Shown here: positions 13,014-26,449 of the stretch, piece after piece | Layout of the letters: each line of letters starts with the position of its first letter | Position numbering within the stretch: position 1 is the stretch's first letter | Assembly: GCA_024137785.1 (NCBI GenBank) | Contig: JAHRHZ010000030.1 | Location: 7,568,288-7,632,287, forward strand | Reading direction: 5' to 3' | Origin: Ginglymostoma cirratum | Taxonomy: Eukaryota | DNA length: 64,000 bases | The notes under the pieces: model-generated | What the model saw: the letters and a program-made list of their open reading frames with translations, nothing else | Told to the model about the DNA's origin: nothing | Databases searched by the model: none | Program-made: the position numbers and the translations under genes

Positions 13014-15206
13014 TGAGTATATTTGAATATTGATTATTTCTAATGAATTCTGTTTGGTCAAGACTCCTGAAACTGTATGTTTTAAGCAGCATTTACAGAA
13101 TACCTTTTGACATTCTGTACACTACCACGCCTGTTTAAACAATTACAACTGTGACCCAATTTCTGTGTTTATCTTTGGAGTAGTACAACACTCATAGTAT
13201 GCATAACTAAATTAAACTGTTTAATACAAAGTCAAGTGCCCTCTGAATCTAGTATTGAGCTGAGCAGCAAATATTGTGGAGTCAAATCAGTTTCTGAATG
13301 GGGTTGTAAGTGATGACATAATGACATGAAAGAAAAACAAACTGTTATTGGAATGGTGGTAGCACTTCAATAAGGATACTTACGAGAAATGCAGGACCTC
13401 TGTTTGTGATAGCATTGGTAGGAATGGCCTCTGCAGATTCCTTCTAAAAGTGAAATCTTTTCATCATGTCAAGATATTGTCCATTCTGTTGCATGATATA
13501 CAAATGAAAATGGATTGAGTGCTTATGAGGCATGTAGATGATGGCCAGCTGATTTGAATAGCCCCACTATATTTAATCTCAACCAAATACATCTTCCACT
13601 CTTCCATCTCCATAGAGTCACAGCTATAGCTAGGTTAATGAAGAGGATGAATGGATATTCTAGGAACAGCAACAGACTCATTTAGATGCTGACACCAAAA
13701 CCTGAGGTTATAGTGCATAACAGCTCCAGAACGTTTAATCGGGCAAGCTTTTTTAAGCTCCAGCACATCAAATCAAGAATTCCTCCAGCTGTCCCGATTG
13801 TCCCAAACATTTCAACTACTTTACATTCTTCTGCTATAATGAATGAATCTTTTCATGGATCGCTTTTTACAGTGTCTGAATGATTCTTAGCTGCAAGTCT
13901 GTCACACCTCTGATAATATCCTTGAACTCACCAATTGTAGGTAACATTTACATTATCAATATACTTTTCAGTGACTTGAGTTTAAGAAAATGCCAACCAC
14001 CTTTAACTGACTGTCAACAACATGTATCAATGTTCTTGGAAATCCCATTAGCAGCCTAACAATTTCTTTGAGTATTCTAGGTATGTTTGCAACGAAAGGC
14101 ATTCTTCCTTACTGCTTAGTGTTTCACTACCATTTGGATGTCTTGAATCAGGAGTGGAATGAAATATCACTGATCTGGATGGATGCAGTTGAAACAGCAT
14201 GAACACCAGCGCAAAGCCGTTATTTAATTGGACTTATTACCACTAGCTCTCAATTCACCTCTGAGCTGTCAGTACACTATTGCTATTATATGTACTATCT
14301 ATAAAATGCAACACATCCTATCAGGCTTATTTCAGAACTAAAAGCAATAAGAGCTGCAATGTTGTGAGAACACCATCTCTACTAAAATGCCAGCCAAGTC
14401 ACACCTTCGCTCTGATTGAGACGCGAACTTCTGCACTTTCATAGTCACTGTGGAAAATAATTCTAGCATTATTGGAATAAAAAGGGAAGTGTTCTAAAGG
14501 AAAGGCTCACTTGGTAGACTTATTATTAGTACTTTATTCTTGAATATTGATCGTATTGGGATTGCACCCTTAGTTTTCCTTTGTCTTAATGCTGTCCCCA
14601 GGTTATTCCTAGTTAAATCCACATAATTTGGCATTTTTGAGCAGTGTTCAATTTGACTTTAATAGAGAAGTGTTCTCTCGATAGGTAATGTGAAAATTTA
14701 TTTTCACCTGTACGTGTGTATTGGCACTTTAGTTGACGAACAACAACAGCATGCATTGATTTAATAGGTGAGGCAGCATCTGCAGAGAGAAGCAGAGCTA
14801 ATGTAAAGTGTCATTAACCCAAAATATTAACTTTTTTTGTTTTTCTGTACTACGTTGCCAAACCTGAAGATAATGGAAATACTTAATAAGGTTTTATTTC
14901 AAGTTTCCAGCATCTGCAACATATTGCTTTTACATTTTTATATTGCCTTTTAAGCGTAGTAAAACATTTTGTAATGGGGAGAAACAACTAACTGACTTGA
15001 TGTTGTAATAGCACTCAATCTGTGCCTGTAGTTATCATCAGATAGTGTTGAAACAGATATGTGCCTATGAATAAACACTGATACTCTTTTGCAATGCGTA
15101 TATAGATGCTGGTCTCCAAGTCATTTGATCCTTATGTATATTTCAACCAATGTGGGTCACATTGTGAAGTGCATCTCTTTACACAATTTCTTTTCTTTCT
15201 CCCTAG

Positions 15207-15301
15207 GGATTTTGCACAAAAGTTAGCCAGTGCCCTTGCTCACAATCCGAACGCAGGACTTCATACAATCAATCTTGCCAACAATGCACTGGAGGACAGA
15301 G
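15207..15301 (+). CDS. CARMIL1: CARMIL1 coding exon E (95 nt, phase 2-1): (T)[31 protein letters not shown](G)
   Basis: Long polypyrimidine tract ending ccctag, donor gtagat; LRR motif LHTINLANN; peptide visible within ORF 15106..15309. Confidence 0.96.
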
Positions 15302-16368
15302 GTAGATGATCTTTCATCATGTGTAATTTAGCTGCAAATATCTTTATCTTGGATACATTATACTTTAGATATTTCTAATTGTGGCACTCAAATTTATTCA
15401 CAGTGTGAAGTGTCATTCCTTCAGGATTTAATCGTTGGAGATTTTGAAATTGTGTGTTTTTTAAAAAAAAAAAAAAATTCCTTTTAATCTCCTCTGTGAA
15501 TCTATACATTCTTTGTATAAATGCACTGTCTTTCTATAGTTGATATTAACAATGAATTTACCCAGTCTAACTTGCAATTTATCTGGTACATATGCAGTGA
15601 TAATTATCAGAAAGGTTGTTGCTTGTTCCGTTCTGTCGAGTCTCAGGTGCCCTTTTCCCGCAGTACGTTGGTATCAACTCTTGCTTTTAGCAACTTACTT
15701 ACAGACATTTACAAAATCTTAACATGTAAAGCCAAAACTAAATAATGGCAGATGCTGCCCTTGGGTGCTTTGTTGTAGTAATTTATGATCCAATATAATT
15801 TAAAGAAGAGCAGTTTCAACTTCTTGAAAAGACATTCTTAGTTTCTTTAGATAGATTTAACACTGCTTTTTTATCATGGCTAATATTCTATAAATTAAGC
15901 TTCTATTTTAGAATAGTTTTGGCTCCTTTAAAATACTTATTTCAGATGCCATAAAAGACCATCAATGGGTTCTGACCCTGAGTGCTCCAAGTACTATGAC
16001 ATAAGTAAGTAAGCTTTTGAATACTTGCTTGTACATAGAGAAGAATAACATTGAAAAGTTTCAATCTTTTCTTCATTGTATACTATTCTGTGATGACCCT
16101 TTAGACTGTACTCAAGGGTTAGAACTTGCTTATGACACTGGGCAATTTCTGCAAAGTGTGTGTACTTAGTAGCGTCAACTATGACTCAGTTGGTAGCACT
16201 CTCGGCTCCACGTCAAAAGGCTAAGAGTTCAGGTTAGTTGTAGAGACTTAAGCCGAAGAGTTTAGGCTGATGCTCAGTCTTTCGGATAAGATGTTAAACC
16301 AAGAGACAACAAGGTGTAGAGCTGGATGAACACAGCAGGCCAGGCAGCATCAGAGGAGCAGGAAGGCT

Positions 16369-16396
16369 GACGTTTCGGGCCTAGACCCTTCTTCAG
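16369..16396 (-). ncRNA. Minimal type I hammerhead ribozyme motif, intact catalytic core
   Basis: Minus strand CUGAAGA-A-GGGU(CUAG)GCCC-GAAA-CG-UC; palindromic ACGU stem-loop III; stem I is weak (2 bp). Confidence 0.75.
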
Positions 16397-16408
16397 AAAA
16401 AACGTTAT

Positions 16409-16436
16409 CTGAAGAAGGATCTAGGCCCGAAACGTC
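16409..16436 (+). ncRNA. Minimal type I hammerhead ribozyme motif, intact core with one stem II mismatch
   Basis: CUGAAGA-A-GGAU(CUAG)GCCC-GAAA-CG-UC. Confidence 0.65.
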
Positions 16437-17015
16437 AGCCTTCCCGCTCCTCTGATGCTGCTTGGCCTGCTGTGTTCATCCAGCTCTACGCCTTGTTGTC
16501 TCAGATTCTCCAGCATCTGCAGTTCCTACTATCTCAGAAACATGTTAAACCAAGGCCCAGTTTGCTCTATTCCAGTGGCTGAGAAAGATACCATGGCACT
16601 ATTTCAAAGAAGAATAGTAGATTTATTCCTGATTTTTGAGAACAATATTCATTCCTCAATCAACATCAATATGAAACAGTATTATGAGATGGAGACAGAC
16701 AACTAAACCAAATCAGACTTTTAACCTCTGTATTCACAAACAGTAAAATTTAAAACCTTCAAACACCCTCAAAAATGACCCCATTGGTTCCTGACCAGAC
16801 TTCTGAGTAACTAAACTCAGAGACTTTGCAAATAATCAATTCTCAACATCAGTTTATAGCGTCTGTAAAACACTTAACAATTTATCAACAATATAGTAAC
16901 GTTAGTCAAACAAAATTAAGCAACAAAGTAATTTAACTGGTCTATGCTATAAACAAAAAAAACTACTTCTACTGTTTTTAGCTTCATTCACAGAAAAGAC
17001 CTAACTAAAAGTTAA

Positions 17016-17365
17016 GGAGGCATGGTGGCTCAGTGGTTAGCACCGCTTCCTTTCAGTGCCAGGAATTCTGGTTCGATTCCAGCCTCCGATGACTGTTTGT
17101 GTGGAATTTGCGTATTCTCCCCGTATCTGAGTTGGTTTCCTCCGGGAGCACTAGTTTCCTCCCACAGTCCAAAGATGTGCAGGTTAGATGGATTGGACAT
17201 GCTAAGTTGCCCATAGTATCCAGGGGTGTGTAGGTTGGTTGTAGTAGCCATAGAAAATGCAGGATTACCAGGATAGTGTAGGGTGTAGGTCTGGGTGGAA
17301 TGCTCTTCGAAGGATTGGTGTGGACGTGATGGGCTGAATGACATGTTTCTGCACTGTAGGAATTT
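17016..17365 (+). mobile_element. HE1-like V-SINE (tRNA-derived head, V domain, CR1/HER1-type tail)
   Basis: A box tggctcagtgg, B box ggttcgattcc, V core tttcctcccacagtccaaagatgtgcaggttag, tail tgggctgaatg...ttctgcactgtagg. Confidence 0.88.
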
Positions 17366-20154
17366 ATTGGTTCTATATATAAAAGAAAATAACAAAACTG
17401 GCCAGGTTACTTAAGTGGTTTTCACAATGTGTTGTTTCACTGGCCTATTTGATAGTTTCTTGGTTGAATTTTTATCTTGAAAATGTTGATCAGGATTACT
17501 TTTTCAGTTCATTCAGATAAAGGCAGCTCATGGGAGGTTACGCAGGATGCTTTCAAATCTTCATGCTGTAGCAATTCAGCCAGATTCCTTTTTGCACTGA
17601 AAATACAGTCCAAAACCCAATTCAACCTCTGACCACTCCCTGACAGGCTAATCATCTTTTTCACAACATCCCAAATACCATTCAACATCTGCTTGAGCGT
17701 AAGTTCTTTTTCCAGACTTGCTAGAATCAGTTCCAGGTACTGACCCTGTTGATGCCCAACTTCTGCTATCTTTTTAAACATAATGATCCTCCATGGTGAT
17801 GAAGCATCTACATAATTTTTTGATCAGTAACCAATCTGCAATTAACTTTCGGGACCTAACCTCATGAATTAATAACAGCTTGTTTTGTCTGTTTTCCTTT
17901 TAACACAAGCTGTCACCACAGGCCAAAACTCATCTTTAAATTACAGTTCCCAGTTCACAGCTTCAAAGGTTTAAAGGGATATGGCCCAAATGCAGGCAAA
18001 TGGGAATAGTACAGTTTAGGAAATCTGGTCGGCATGGACTGAAGAGTTTGTTTCTGTGTTTTATGACTGTGAATAAAACAAAAGTAATGAAAAATGAGCA
18101 AGGGCTCTAACAACAGAACAACATATGTAAGAATACTTGGAAATCATCAGCAGACTAACATAATTTCTGTTTAGGCAGATAGTTTCCACTTATAGCATTG
18201 AGTTTTCAAAGGTCCTCAAGAATATCTCCAAAGTAGTAGGAGGAAACAAACCATGAAATGCAATTCATTTTTAAGCAAAACATGCGATTGTTGTGGCCTT
18301 AACTCCAAACGATATGCAATGGAGAAAAGATTAAAGCATCAATGGAAAGTCATTGACTGTCTGTCAGGGGCTTGTATTGTGATGATGGAAAGCTGCTTAG
18401 AGTAGGGTAGTAGACAATTATAGACTATTTATTTTCATGTAATTGTTCAGTGCAGTTAATATTCTCTGATCTGTTTCAGGTGCCAAGTGTAATTGTAAGT
18501 GTATCTTTTTAGCCTGAAAGTGAATGGATTGGTGGAACTACATTAAAACTATTCTCAAATCTGCAAGCTACACAGCTCTGAAAGAATATAGGGTTATTAG
18601 GGATTTGGTCAGATTCCAAAAACTGATATAAAATTGATGAGAGAAATTGCGATATAAAAATCTGAGAATGCAGATCTTGCAATGAGATAACAACCAATCC
18701 TCCTCAACAAAGAAAGTCATTTGCATTTTAAATTGTACATAAATGTACAATCAGAAAGAACATATGGGGACTATAAGCTCTGATGTAGACAGGAAATATC
18801 TAAGCTTTGTTTTTAAATACAATGGTCTGTGCATAGATTGTATTTGTGGACTTTTGCAAGTGTTTTCCTCTAAGTTCCTTATTTGGTGTGTGCTAATAAT
18901 AATTTTACATACGTTTCGTAAAACAGAGATTATGCCATTTTGACAATTTTTCTACCTTAAATGCATTCCTAGAGAATGTTCTTTGACTTGGTTGAAAAAT
19001 CTTGTTGCTAATCTGTTTGAGAAATAAAGAAATTGAGATGCAAAGAACCTCATGCAATCTGATCAAATGTTATTGGTGTTAATCTAGTGTAGTTTCAGTC
19101 TGCTACTTTATTGAACCATGTCCTGCAGACAGCAAGTGTTTATGTTAAACTGAATACCATTGCTTGGAACCTCCTCGGTTCTGTAACGCTGCAGATTTTC
19201 AAAAATTGCAGGCTTTTTACCTTTCTGCCCCACTGAATAGTTTCTGGTCTTTGGTGCAGAGTGCCTTGCGCTGTATTTGACACAGCAGATAATTTGTAGC
19301 ATTTGTTGTTTTAGAAGGTTAATGTGAACTTAATTTAACCAATTGAGTGTACCAGTTTTTTTCGTTCTGGAATTTTTTTTTCCTTTTTAGTATCAATGAC
19401 AATTTTTAAAAAAATACATTACAGGTCAGTTTCCAGCTGAAAGAGGAAAATTAGATTAACTCTTTATTTAAAAAAATATTCATCACCATAAAATATTAAT
19501 CTATTTCATATGCTAATTGGCTTCAGCATTCTCGATGATCTTTTCATTTTTCCACCAATTATTTGTCTCCCTTTATGACTGCATTAACTTCGCTGGAAGA
19601 GACAGCTATCATCTCTGGTGTCGTACACAAGTGGACATTTTCCTTTTGAATTGCAGGACTTCTTTAGCAGATTATTCAACTGCAGAGTGGCTGTCACTGT
19701 TGACAAGGGTTTTATCCTCACGTTCCATCTAACAATGTGCACCTGCGTGAGCAGTGATACTGATTATGTTTCCCTCCTGTGAAGTCAATTGCAATATTTC
19801 ACCCAGTTTTTCCAACTGTATCCCCCTCCAACTATCATCCCCCGTCCCTAAAATGAAAGAAAACGATTCAGCAGAAACATGGGTCATTTTGTCTGTACAG
19901 TTCAGCTGCTCAGTGAATAAATGTGTTTTTTTATATTTGAACTTAATGTTCTTGCCTGTGAATTAAAACAACAGCAGAAGAGCTTTAATATTACTTTGTG
20001 CACACTCTTGGACATGGTTCCACATATGTGTTTGAACTTTTTTTTTTACTGCTTTGACCAAAATTGACACTTTGGTTGAGTATGAGTAGTACCATCTGCC
20101 TACTTATAGCCAATTAAAATGGTTATCCCAAATGATAAAAACTGAACATATATG

Positions 20155-20258
20155 TTCTGCAGAAGGGTCACTTGAGCCGAAATGTTAACTCTTGATTTCT
20201 CTTCACAGATGCTGCCAGACCTGCTAAGCTTTTCCAGCAATTTCTTTGTGTCTGAGAT
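20155..20258 (+). mobile_element. Short PLE terminus (family 2) starting at a degenerate hammerhead
   Basis: gttctgcagaagggtcacttgagccgaaatgttaactc...cacagatgctgccagacctgctaagcttttccagc. Confidence 0.8.
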
Positions 20259-20284
20259 TACTTAGTTTACTCACAGGTTTATGG

Positions 20285-20790
20285 GCTTTATATTAGCATA
20301 GTACAGGCATAGTTCACTAGGATGATGCACAGTATGGAGGGATTGTGTGATGAGTGAATGCTGAGTAGGTGGAATTCATACTCAATGGAGTTTAAAAAAT
20401 GAGAGGTGATCTCATTGAAACATATAGGATTCATAAGGGGCTTGACAGGGTAAATGCTACAAAGATGTTGCCCCTCATGGGAGAGTCTAGGACCAGAAGG
20501 CAAAGTCTCAGGATAAAGGGAGCCAATTTAAGACTGTGATGACAAGGAATTTCTTCTTTGAGGGTTTAAATTCTTTGGAACTCCTTGCCAACCAAAGCTT
20601 TGGAGGTAGAATTCTTGTGTATATTTAAGGCTGAGATAGCTGGATTCTTGATCAGTAGGGGAATCGAGGATTACTGGGGAAAAAGCACAAAAGTAGACAT
20701 GACGGATATTGGATTATCCATGATCCTATTGAATGGTGGAGCAGGCTCAAAGGGCTGAACGACCTATTCCTATTTCTATTTCATATGGTC
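20285..20790 (+). mobile_element. CR1-like LINE 3' fragment
   Basis: gagaggtgatctcattgaaacatata (RGDLIETY) and 3' end tgaatggtggagcaggctcaaagggctgaa. Confidence 0.82.
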
Positions 20791-20999
20791 TAGAGACAGG
20801 AAAATCTTAGGAATTGATGTCAATTTTGAAGTCTTTGAAATGAAGGTCCATGGTTTTTCGTAAAACAGCTGAACTGGTGTGACTGAATCTTTGAGATAAG
20901 TTGGTGTTGAACATAGAAGTGAAAAAGAAAACTTGCTGTTTAAGCAAATCTCATGAAAAAGAAGTTTGACGACATTATAGTGTTTACGCTATGTACCGG

Positions 21000-21500
21000 T
21001 TGAAAATGCCTCACAGCCAATGAAATGACTGAGTGTATTCACTATTGTAAAAAAAAGAGTAACACGAGAAGTAATTCGGAAGCACAAAGCCTGACAACCA
21101 TTTGTGCCACTAATGACCAGATATTCTGTTTTTCTTGGTGTTGGTTGAGGAATAAATGTTGGTCAGGACACCAGGAGAATCCACCTGCTTTCCTTTAAAT
21201 GGTGCCAAGGGATCTTTTCTTTAGTGTAATTGACACATTGGTCTCAGTTTAAATTGTTTGAGAAATGACAACTTGCCAACAGTGCCTCACTTTGAATCCT
21301 CCACTGGAGAATAAGGGCAATTGTGTTTTCTGAAGAAGGGCCTAGGCACAAAACGTCAGCTTTCCTGCTCCTCTGATGCTGCTTGGCCTGCTGTGTTCAT
21401 CCAGCTCTACACCTTGTTATCTCAGGCAATTGTGTGTTCAAGTATGTGGAAAAGACTTGATCCTGTAACTTGATGACCTTGACAAGGGCACTACCAATTT
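21000..21500 (-). mobile_element. Old Deu-domain SINE hosting a short PLE insert (boundaries approximate)
   Basis: Reverse complement of the Deu core (ggtcaggacaccaggagaa...ggtgccaagggatctttt) with a degenerate head at the right end. Confidence 0.55.
21327..21424 (+). mobile_element. Short PLE terminus (family 1), solo, starting at the hammerhead 5' edge
   Basis: tttctgaagaagggcctaggcacaaaacgtcagc...accttgttatctc; TSD ggcaattgtgt 21316-21326 / 21425-21435. Confidence 0.9.
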
Positions 21501-23683
21501 GCTACAGTATACATATTTAGTTGTATACTACTAATCTTGTATTGAGTGCACACTGTTGATAAATATTGCTGCAGTTCTCCTACTTAGACATGATGTCAAC
21601 ATTTATCATTGAATAGGAAATGCTGATTAAGAAATTTACGATATGAAGAGTTTTAATATAATTCCAAGCTCCTGCCAGTTCCACAGAGTGAGTTTTTGAA
21701 GTTTCTCTGCCAACGTTGTTGCCATCTTTTATGTCAAATATTCAGTCTTCAACCAGCTACAGAAAAAACTGGGCAACTTTCCGTTTAAGTTTTGATTAAA
21801 ATTAAACGTCCTTCCAAGGTAGATGAAATCACTGTTTACCATGTGATTTTATTGTGATTTAGTGCACTGCAAACTTGCCTGTAGAATTTTTACTTTTGCA
21901 TCCTTGTCCGGTTTGCTTTATGGATTTCACACTCACTATATTTTTCCCCACAATTGCTTGCTGTTGTTTGCTCTTATATAGCTGCCCTCTACTGTTTTAG
22001 GGCTGTCTTATTTGCTTTGTCATTTGTCCAGGTTCAATTTACACATTTTTAGCGCTGTTGCATACACTCATTCATTTATCCTTGCTGCTCATGATGTGCT
22101 TATGGTGTCTGAATTGTATAATTTATATAGTTATGACTTCTACTCCTGCTAAATATTTCCTCCTTTCTGATATGTTGAGAGACAGGTCAGCCCATTGTAA
22201 TGTTTAATGCCTTTTTATTCTGGTGTTAATAGATAATCCAAATATGTTTGCACTTGAATGGCTGTAATACTCTTCATTGACTCTTGAGCGCTATTTTTGT
22301 ATTTCTGCTTATGATAATATAAGAAAAGATTAAAACTCAGCTCTGTTAATTGTGCATTTTTATAATGTTCCAGTAAGGTGACTCATTTCTATTGGTTAGG
22401 CAGTAGTGTATTGTCATTTTGATTAAGTTCTTCTCTATACATTTATGTAGCAAGTAATTTGGTTAGGAAGTAACATTTGACTTTGTCCATTCTGCCAAAC
22501 AGTCAATGGTGAATAAATAACATATTTTACTCCATCTGTTTCTATTTTCCAATTAGAAGGATGTAGATTGGACTTCCAATTCACTATTGCCTGTCTTGCA
22601 TGACTGTTGAAACCCACTTTTGCCCCCTTTTTGTTTCTACAGGTGCAAGACCTTTTGATAAATGCTTTGCTCTTCACTAATTTTCTAAAAAAAACTATGC
22701 CGTAGTGGGAAGAATTTTTATCCAATAATTAATTCATAGGAAATACCATTGTGATATGTGGCAACAAAAGTATTAAACTGATGTTTTCTTTGGTTGATGT
22801 ATCAAATTATAGAGGTTGTCATATAGTTCTGCAGGGTGTTGGTGAGACTACATTGGGAGTACTGAGTGTGTTTTGATTTCCTTTATTTGAAAAAAATATA
22901 TACTTGCTTTTGAAGCAGCTCTGGAGGTGACAGAGTCGTCTGAGGTATACTGTTGGTGTTTCAAAGAGCGGAAGGTGACCTTACCAAAACAGATAAGATT
23001 TTGAGATTGGATTTGTGGTTCCCTGGAGGATGTTTCCATTTGTGTGGAGACTAAAACTAGGGTGCATAGTTCAAACTTAAGATGTCTCTTTTTAAGGCAG
23101 ATTTGACGTGCAAGTAAATTATCTCAAGGGTTGTGAATATGTGCCCAGAAGGTAGAGAATCTTCAAATTTCTCAAGGCTCAGTTTGTTAGATTTTGATCT
23201 AAGGAAATCAAAGGTTGTGGAGTGCAGACAAGAAAGCGGAACTGAGAGCACAACCAGTTCAGCAATCATCTTGAATAAAAGTGGAGAATAGTGGTGAAAC
23301 TCAGCAGTTCTGGTAGTATCTGTGGAGAGAAAAACAGAGTTAATGTTTTGAGTCTTTAGAACTACTGAATGTGGAGTAGGCTCAAAGGGTCAAATGTCCT
23401 ACTCTTTTTGTAAATCCTAAATTCCTATGGATATTATCTGGATCTAATGGAGATGCTTTAAATTGTGTTTTTAATTATGTGATGTATCAATATAAAATGC
23501 CTTAGGAGGAATTAGCCACCTTGGCTAGTTTCTATCTACCATTATTTCCTGGGGGAGTGGAGAAAACTTGTCTGGAATAAAGTTTTACTTGAGTTGCGAA
23601 ATTCTACTAATCAGATGTTTACTAGTTCCAAAATTACATATGTATTTGTTTCATTGTAATGATGAATACCTCTTGTTTTGCAG

Positions 23684-23770
23684 GTATGTCTTCTCTGAGC
23701 AGCCAATTTGCCAAAATTCCAAAGGGATTGAAGCATTTAAACATGTCTAAAACCTCTTTGTCACCTAAAG
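23684..23770 (+). CDS. CARMIL1: CARMIL1 coding exon F (87 nt, phase 1-1): (G)[28 protein letters not shown](G)
   Basis: Acceptor tcttgttttgcag, donor gtatga; LRR motif LKHLNMSKT. Confidence 0.95.
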
Positions 23771-25504
23771 GTATGATAATTTTATTTACTTGTTCATTCC
23801 ATTGGAATAAAGGGAAAGTTGTGTTAAGGATCTGACTGCAATGGAAATGAATATCAAGAGGAATGCAGAGGATGCTGCTGATTTGTTATTGACATACACT
23901 ATTGCGATGTCAAAGTAAACACTATGAAGGCCATTCGGCCCATTGTGTGTATAAATATTTGAGAGAGCAACATAAAACTGAACCCTGCTTTCTTCCACAA
24001 AGGTCAATATCTTCCACTATTTCAAATGTTTCCCCTGTTTTCATTTAGAAAATACAATTTTGTGTACATCATCAATTTGATGTGATATATTTCATGGCGC
24101 AACAGTTGTCCGTAAAGCCAAATTCAAAATCATCTCTAGTCTCTGCAGAATAGTGGATTCAAAATCTTGATAGCATCTCATTGAGTTTGTGCTGTACCTG
24201 GGCTACCAAAATGGCAAGCACTCATCTAACTATGGCTCAACTGTCGCTTTGTGTACATTTATCGTATCTGTAGTCTCTGCCTTATTTATAAAGGCTAAAG
24301 TGCTGAGGGCTTTTCTTTTCGTAACTTGACCTATTTGCATTTATGCTTTCAATGGATTATGCATCTTCCCTGTATGTTTGTACCACTTCATATGCTTCAA
24401 CATTCCTTTTTGAGTATATGCCCTGAATTCTTGTTTTTACTCCTAAGTATTGTAAACTGCAGTAACTTGGTTGCATGAATCATGTATATGTCAATTTGAT
24501 TAACAATTCTAATCTCATTTATTTGCCAAAGATTTCAGGGTATTTCTTGTTTTTGTATAAAAAACTGCAATTTCGTTCAGATTTCTTTTCTGCAATAAGT
24601 GTTTTCTGTATCCACAGAAAATGCAGTTTTCATTCAAACTGATCTTTAAGATTTATTGCTTCTTGTAAGTGTGCACCTGAATCTCTCCATTAAGAGGATG
24701 TAACTGTTACAATCCAAGAGAGCTTTCTGTTGTTTAAAGTCCTATTTTTCTCATTCTTGGAATGTAGATGAAACTGGCAACACTACATTTATTGTCCATT
24801 CCTGGTTGCCCTGAGAAGGAAAGTATGTTACTGACCTGTTGAAATCCTTGCAGGGATATTGTTTCCATAATGATGATGGGCACAGAACTGCAGGAATTTG
24901 ACCCAGGAATTGTTACTGAATGGCAATACATGTTCAAGTCAGGATATTGTGATACTTGGACAAGAGCTTGCAAAATGTGATGTTCCCATGAAGTTGCTGC
25001 TCTTGTCTTATGATATAAGGCATTTGGTCTGAAAAGGTTAGCTGAGGAACATTTTTATATGGCTCAACTCACTGATATTTCAGTGAAAGCCAGTCAGTCT
25101 GCTTCAATTTGCAGTTAGACTAGAGTCTAATCATGTAGTGTAAACTATCTTGTAGGAGATAATTACCTTGCAAGGTAAGTAATGTCGTTTAGTCTTAGTC
25201 TTTACTGTAACTTTCTATCTTATGACTATATAATAAAAGAATGTACCTCTTCTTGAATTTTTCATGTGGTTATCCTTCACCACTTTATGAGTAAGCCTTA
25301 GACTAGTACTAGAAGAGGGATTTATGACAGCTTTCTACCTAAGATATTTGTACATCTTTTTAAGATTAACATCTAGCAAAATTCCACCTTACAACAAGAT
25401 GCCAGCTGCAGGCATCTCTTAAAAGACTTCCCACTCCTGGGTCCAAGTGCAATTGTTGAGATAAATTTGGTGAGTTGCTGCAGTGCATGGTATGTACTAC
25501 AGCA

Positions 25505-26045
25505 TATTGTAGATATCAGTGAGGCCACTTTTGGAATATTGCATTCAATTCTAGCCTACCTGCTATAGGAAAGATGTTGCGAAACTTGAGAGGTTTCAGA
25601 AAAAGTTTAGAAGCGTGTTGCCGGGATTGGAGGGTTTGAGCTATGTGAATAGGCTGGGGCTTTTTTTCCCTGAAGCGTCAGAGGCTGAGGGGTGACCTTA
25701 TAGAGGTTTATAAAATGAGAGGCATGGATAGGGTGAATAGCCAGGGTCCTTTCCCCAGGATGGGGGAGTCCAAAACTAAACTGCATTGGTTTAATGTCAG
25801 AGGGAGAAGATTTAAAAGGGACTAGACTGCCAACTTTTTCACAGAGGGTGGTGCATGTGTGAAATGAGCTGGTAGAGGCTGGTACAATTACAACATTTAA
25901 AAGACATCTGGATGGGTCCGTGAATAGGAAAGGTTTAGCAGGATATGGGCCAAATGCTGGCAAATGGGACTAGATCAGTTTAGGATAGCTGGTCAGCGTG
26001 GACAAGTTGGACCGAAGGGTCTATTTTCATGCTGTACAACTCTAA
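25505..26045 (+). mobile_element. CR1/HER1-like LINE 3' fragment
   Basis: VRPLLEYCIQF-like start, ctgaggggtgaccttatagaggtttataaa (LRGDLIEVYK), tail ttggaccgaagggtctattt. Confidence 0.85.
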
Positions 26046-26189
26046 GTGTTGGTCAGTGGAGTGGATATTGAGATTAGTGATGGGTACCAAACATGTAGAT
26101 GATTATGTACTAGGTGAATACAGTTTACAACCAATTAAGGATTTTTGAATTGTTGGTATTGAGGGCAAACAAAGCTTCCAATTTTAACT

Positions 26190-26449
26190 GGGACAGTAGG
26201 AACGGCCAATGCTGGAGAATCTGAGACAACAAGGTGCAGAGCTGGATGAACCCAGCAGGCCAAGCAGCATCAGAGGAGCAGGAAAGCAGACGTTTCGGGT
26301 CTAGACCCNNNNNNNNNNNNNNNNNNNNNNNNNNNNNNNNNNNNNNNNNNNNNNNNNNNNNNNNNNNNNNNNNNNNNNNNNNNNNNNNNNNNNNNNNNNN
26401 NNNNNNNNCTGCTCGGCCCGCTGTGTTCATCCAGCTCGACACCTTGTTA
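26190..26449. mobile_element. PLE-derived fold-back (family 1), tail on the left arm, centre hidden by a 100-N gap (26309-26408)
   Basis: Inverted arms on either side of the gap; TSD ttccaattttaact 26176-26189 / 26450-26463. Confidence 0.88.

Larger units (their letters stand above)
16302..16541. mobile_element. Short PLE-derived fold-back element (family 1): two head-to-head copies of the hammerhead-bearing terminus, tail on the right arm
   Basis: Arm 16302-16397 is the reverse complement of 16408-16502; TSD atgttaaaccaag 16291-16303 / 16542-16554. Confidence 0.92.
16180..16680 (+). mobile_element. tRNA-derived Deu-domain SINE (SacSINE1/AmnSINE1-like), interrupted by a PLE fold-back
   Basis: Head ctcagttggtagcactctc; Deu core gtctttcggataagatgttaaacc...aggcccagtttgc...aaagataccatggcactatttcaaagaag. 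Confidence 0.75.
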
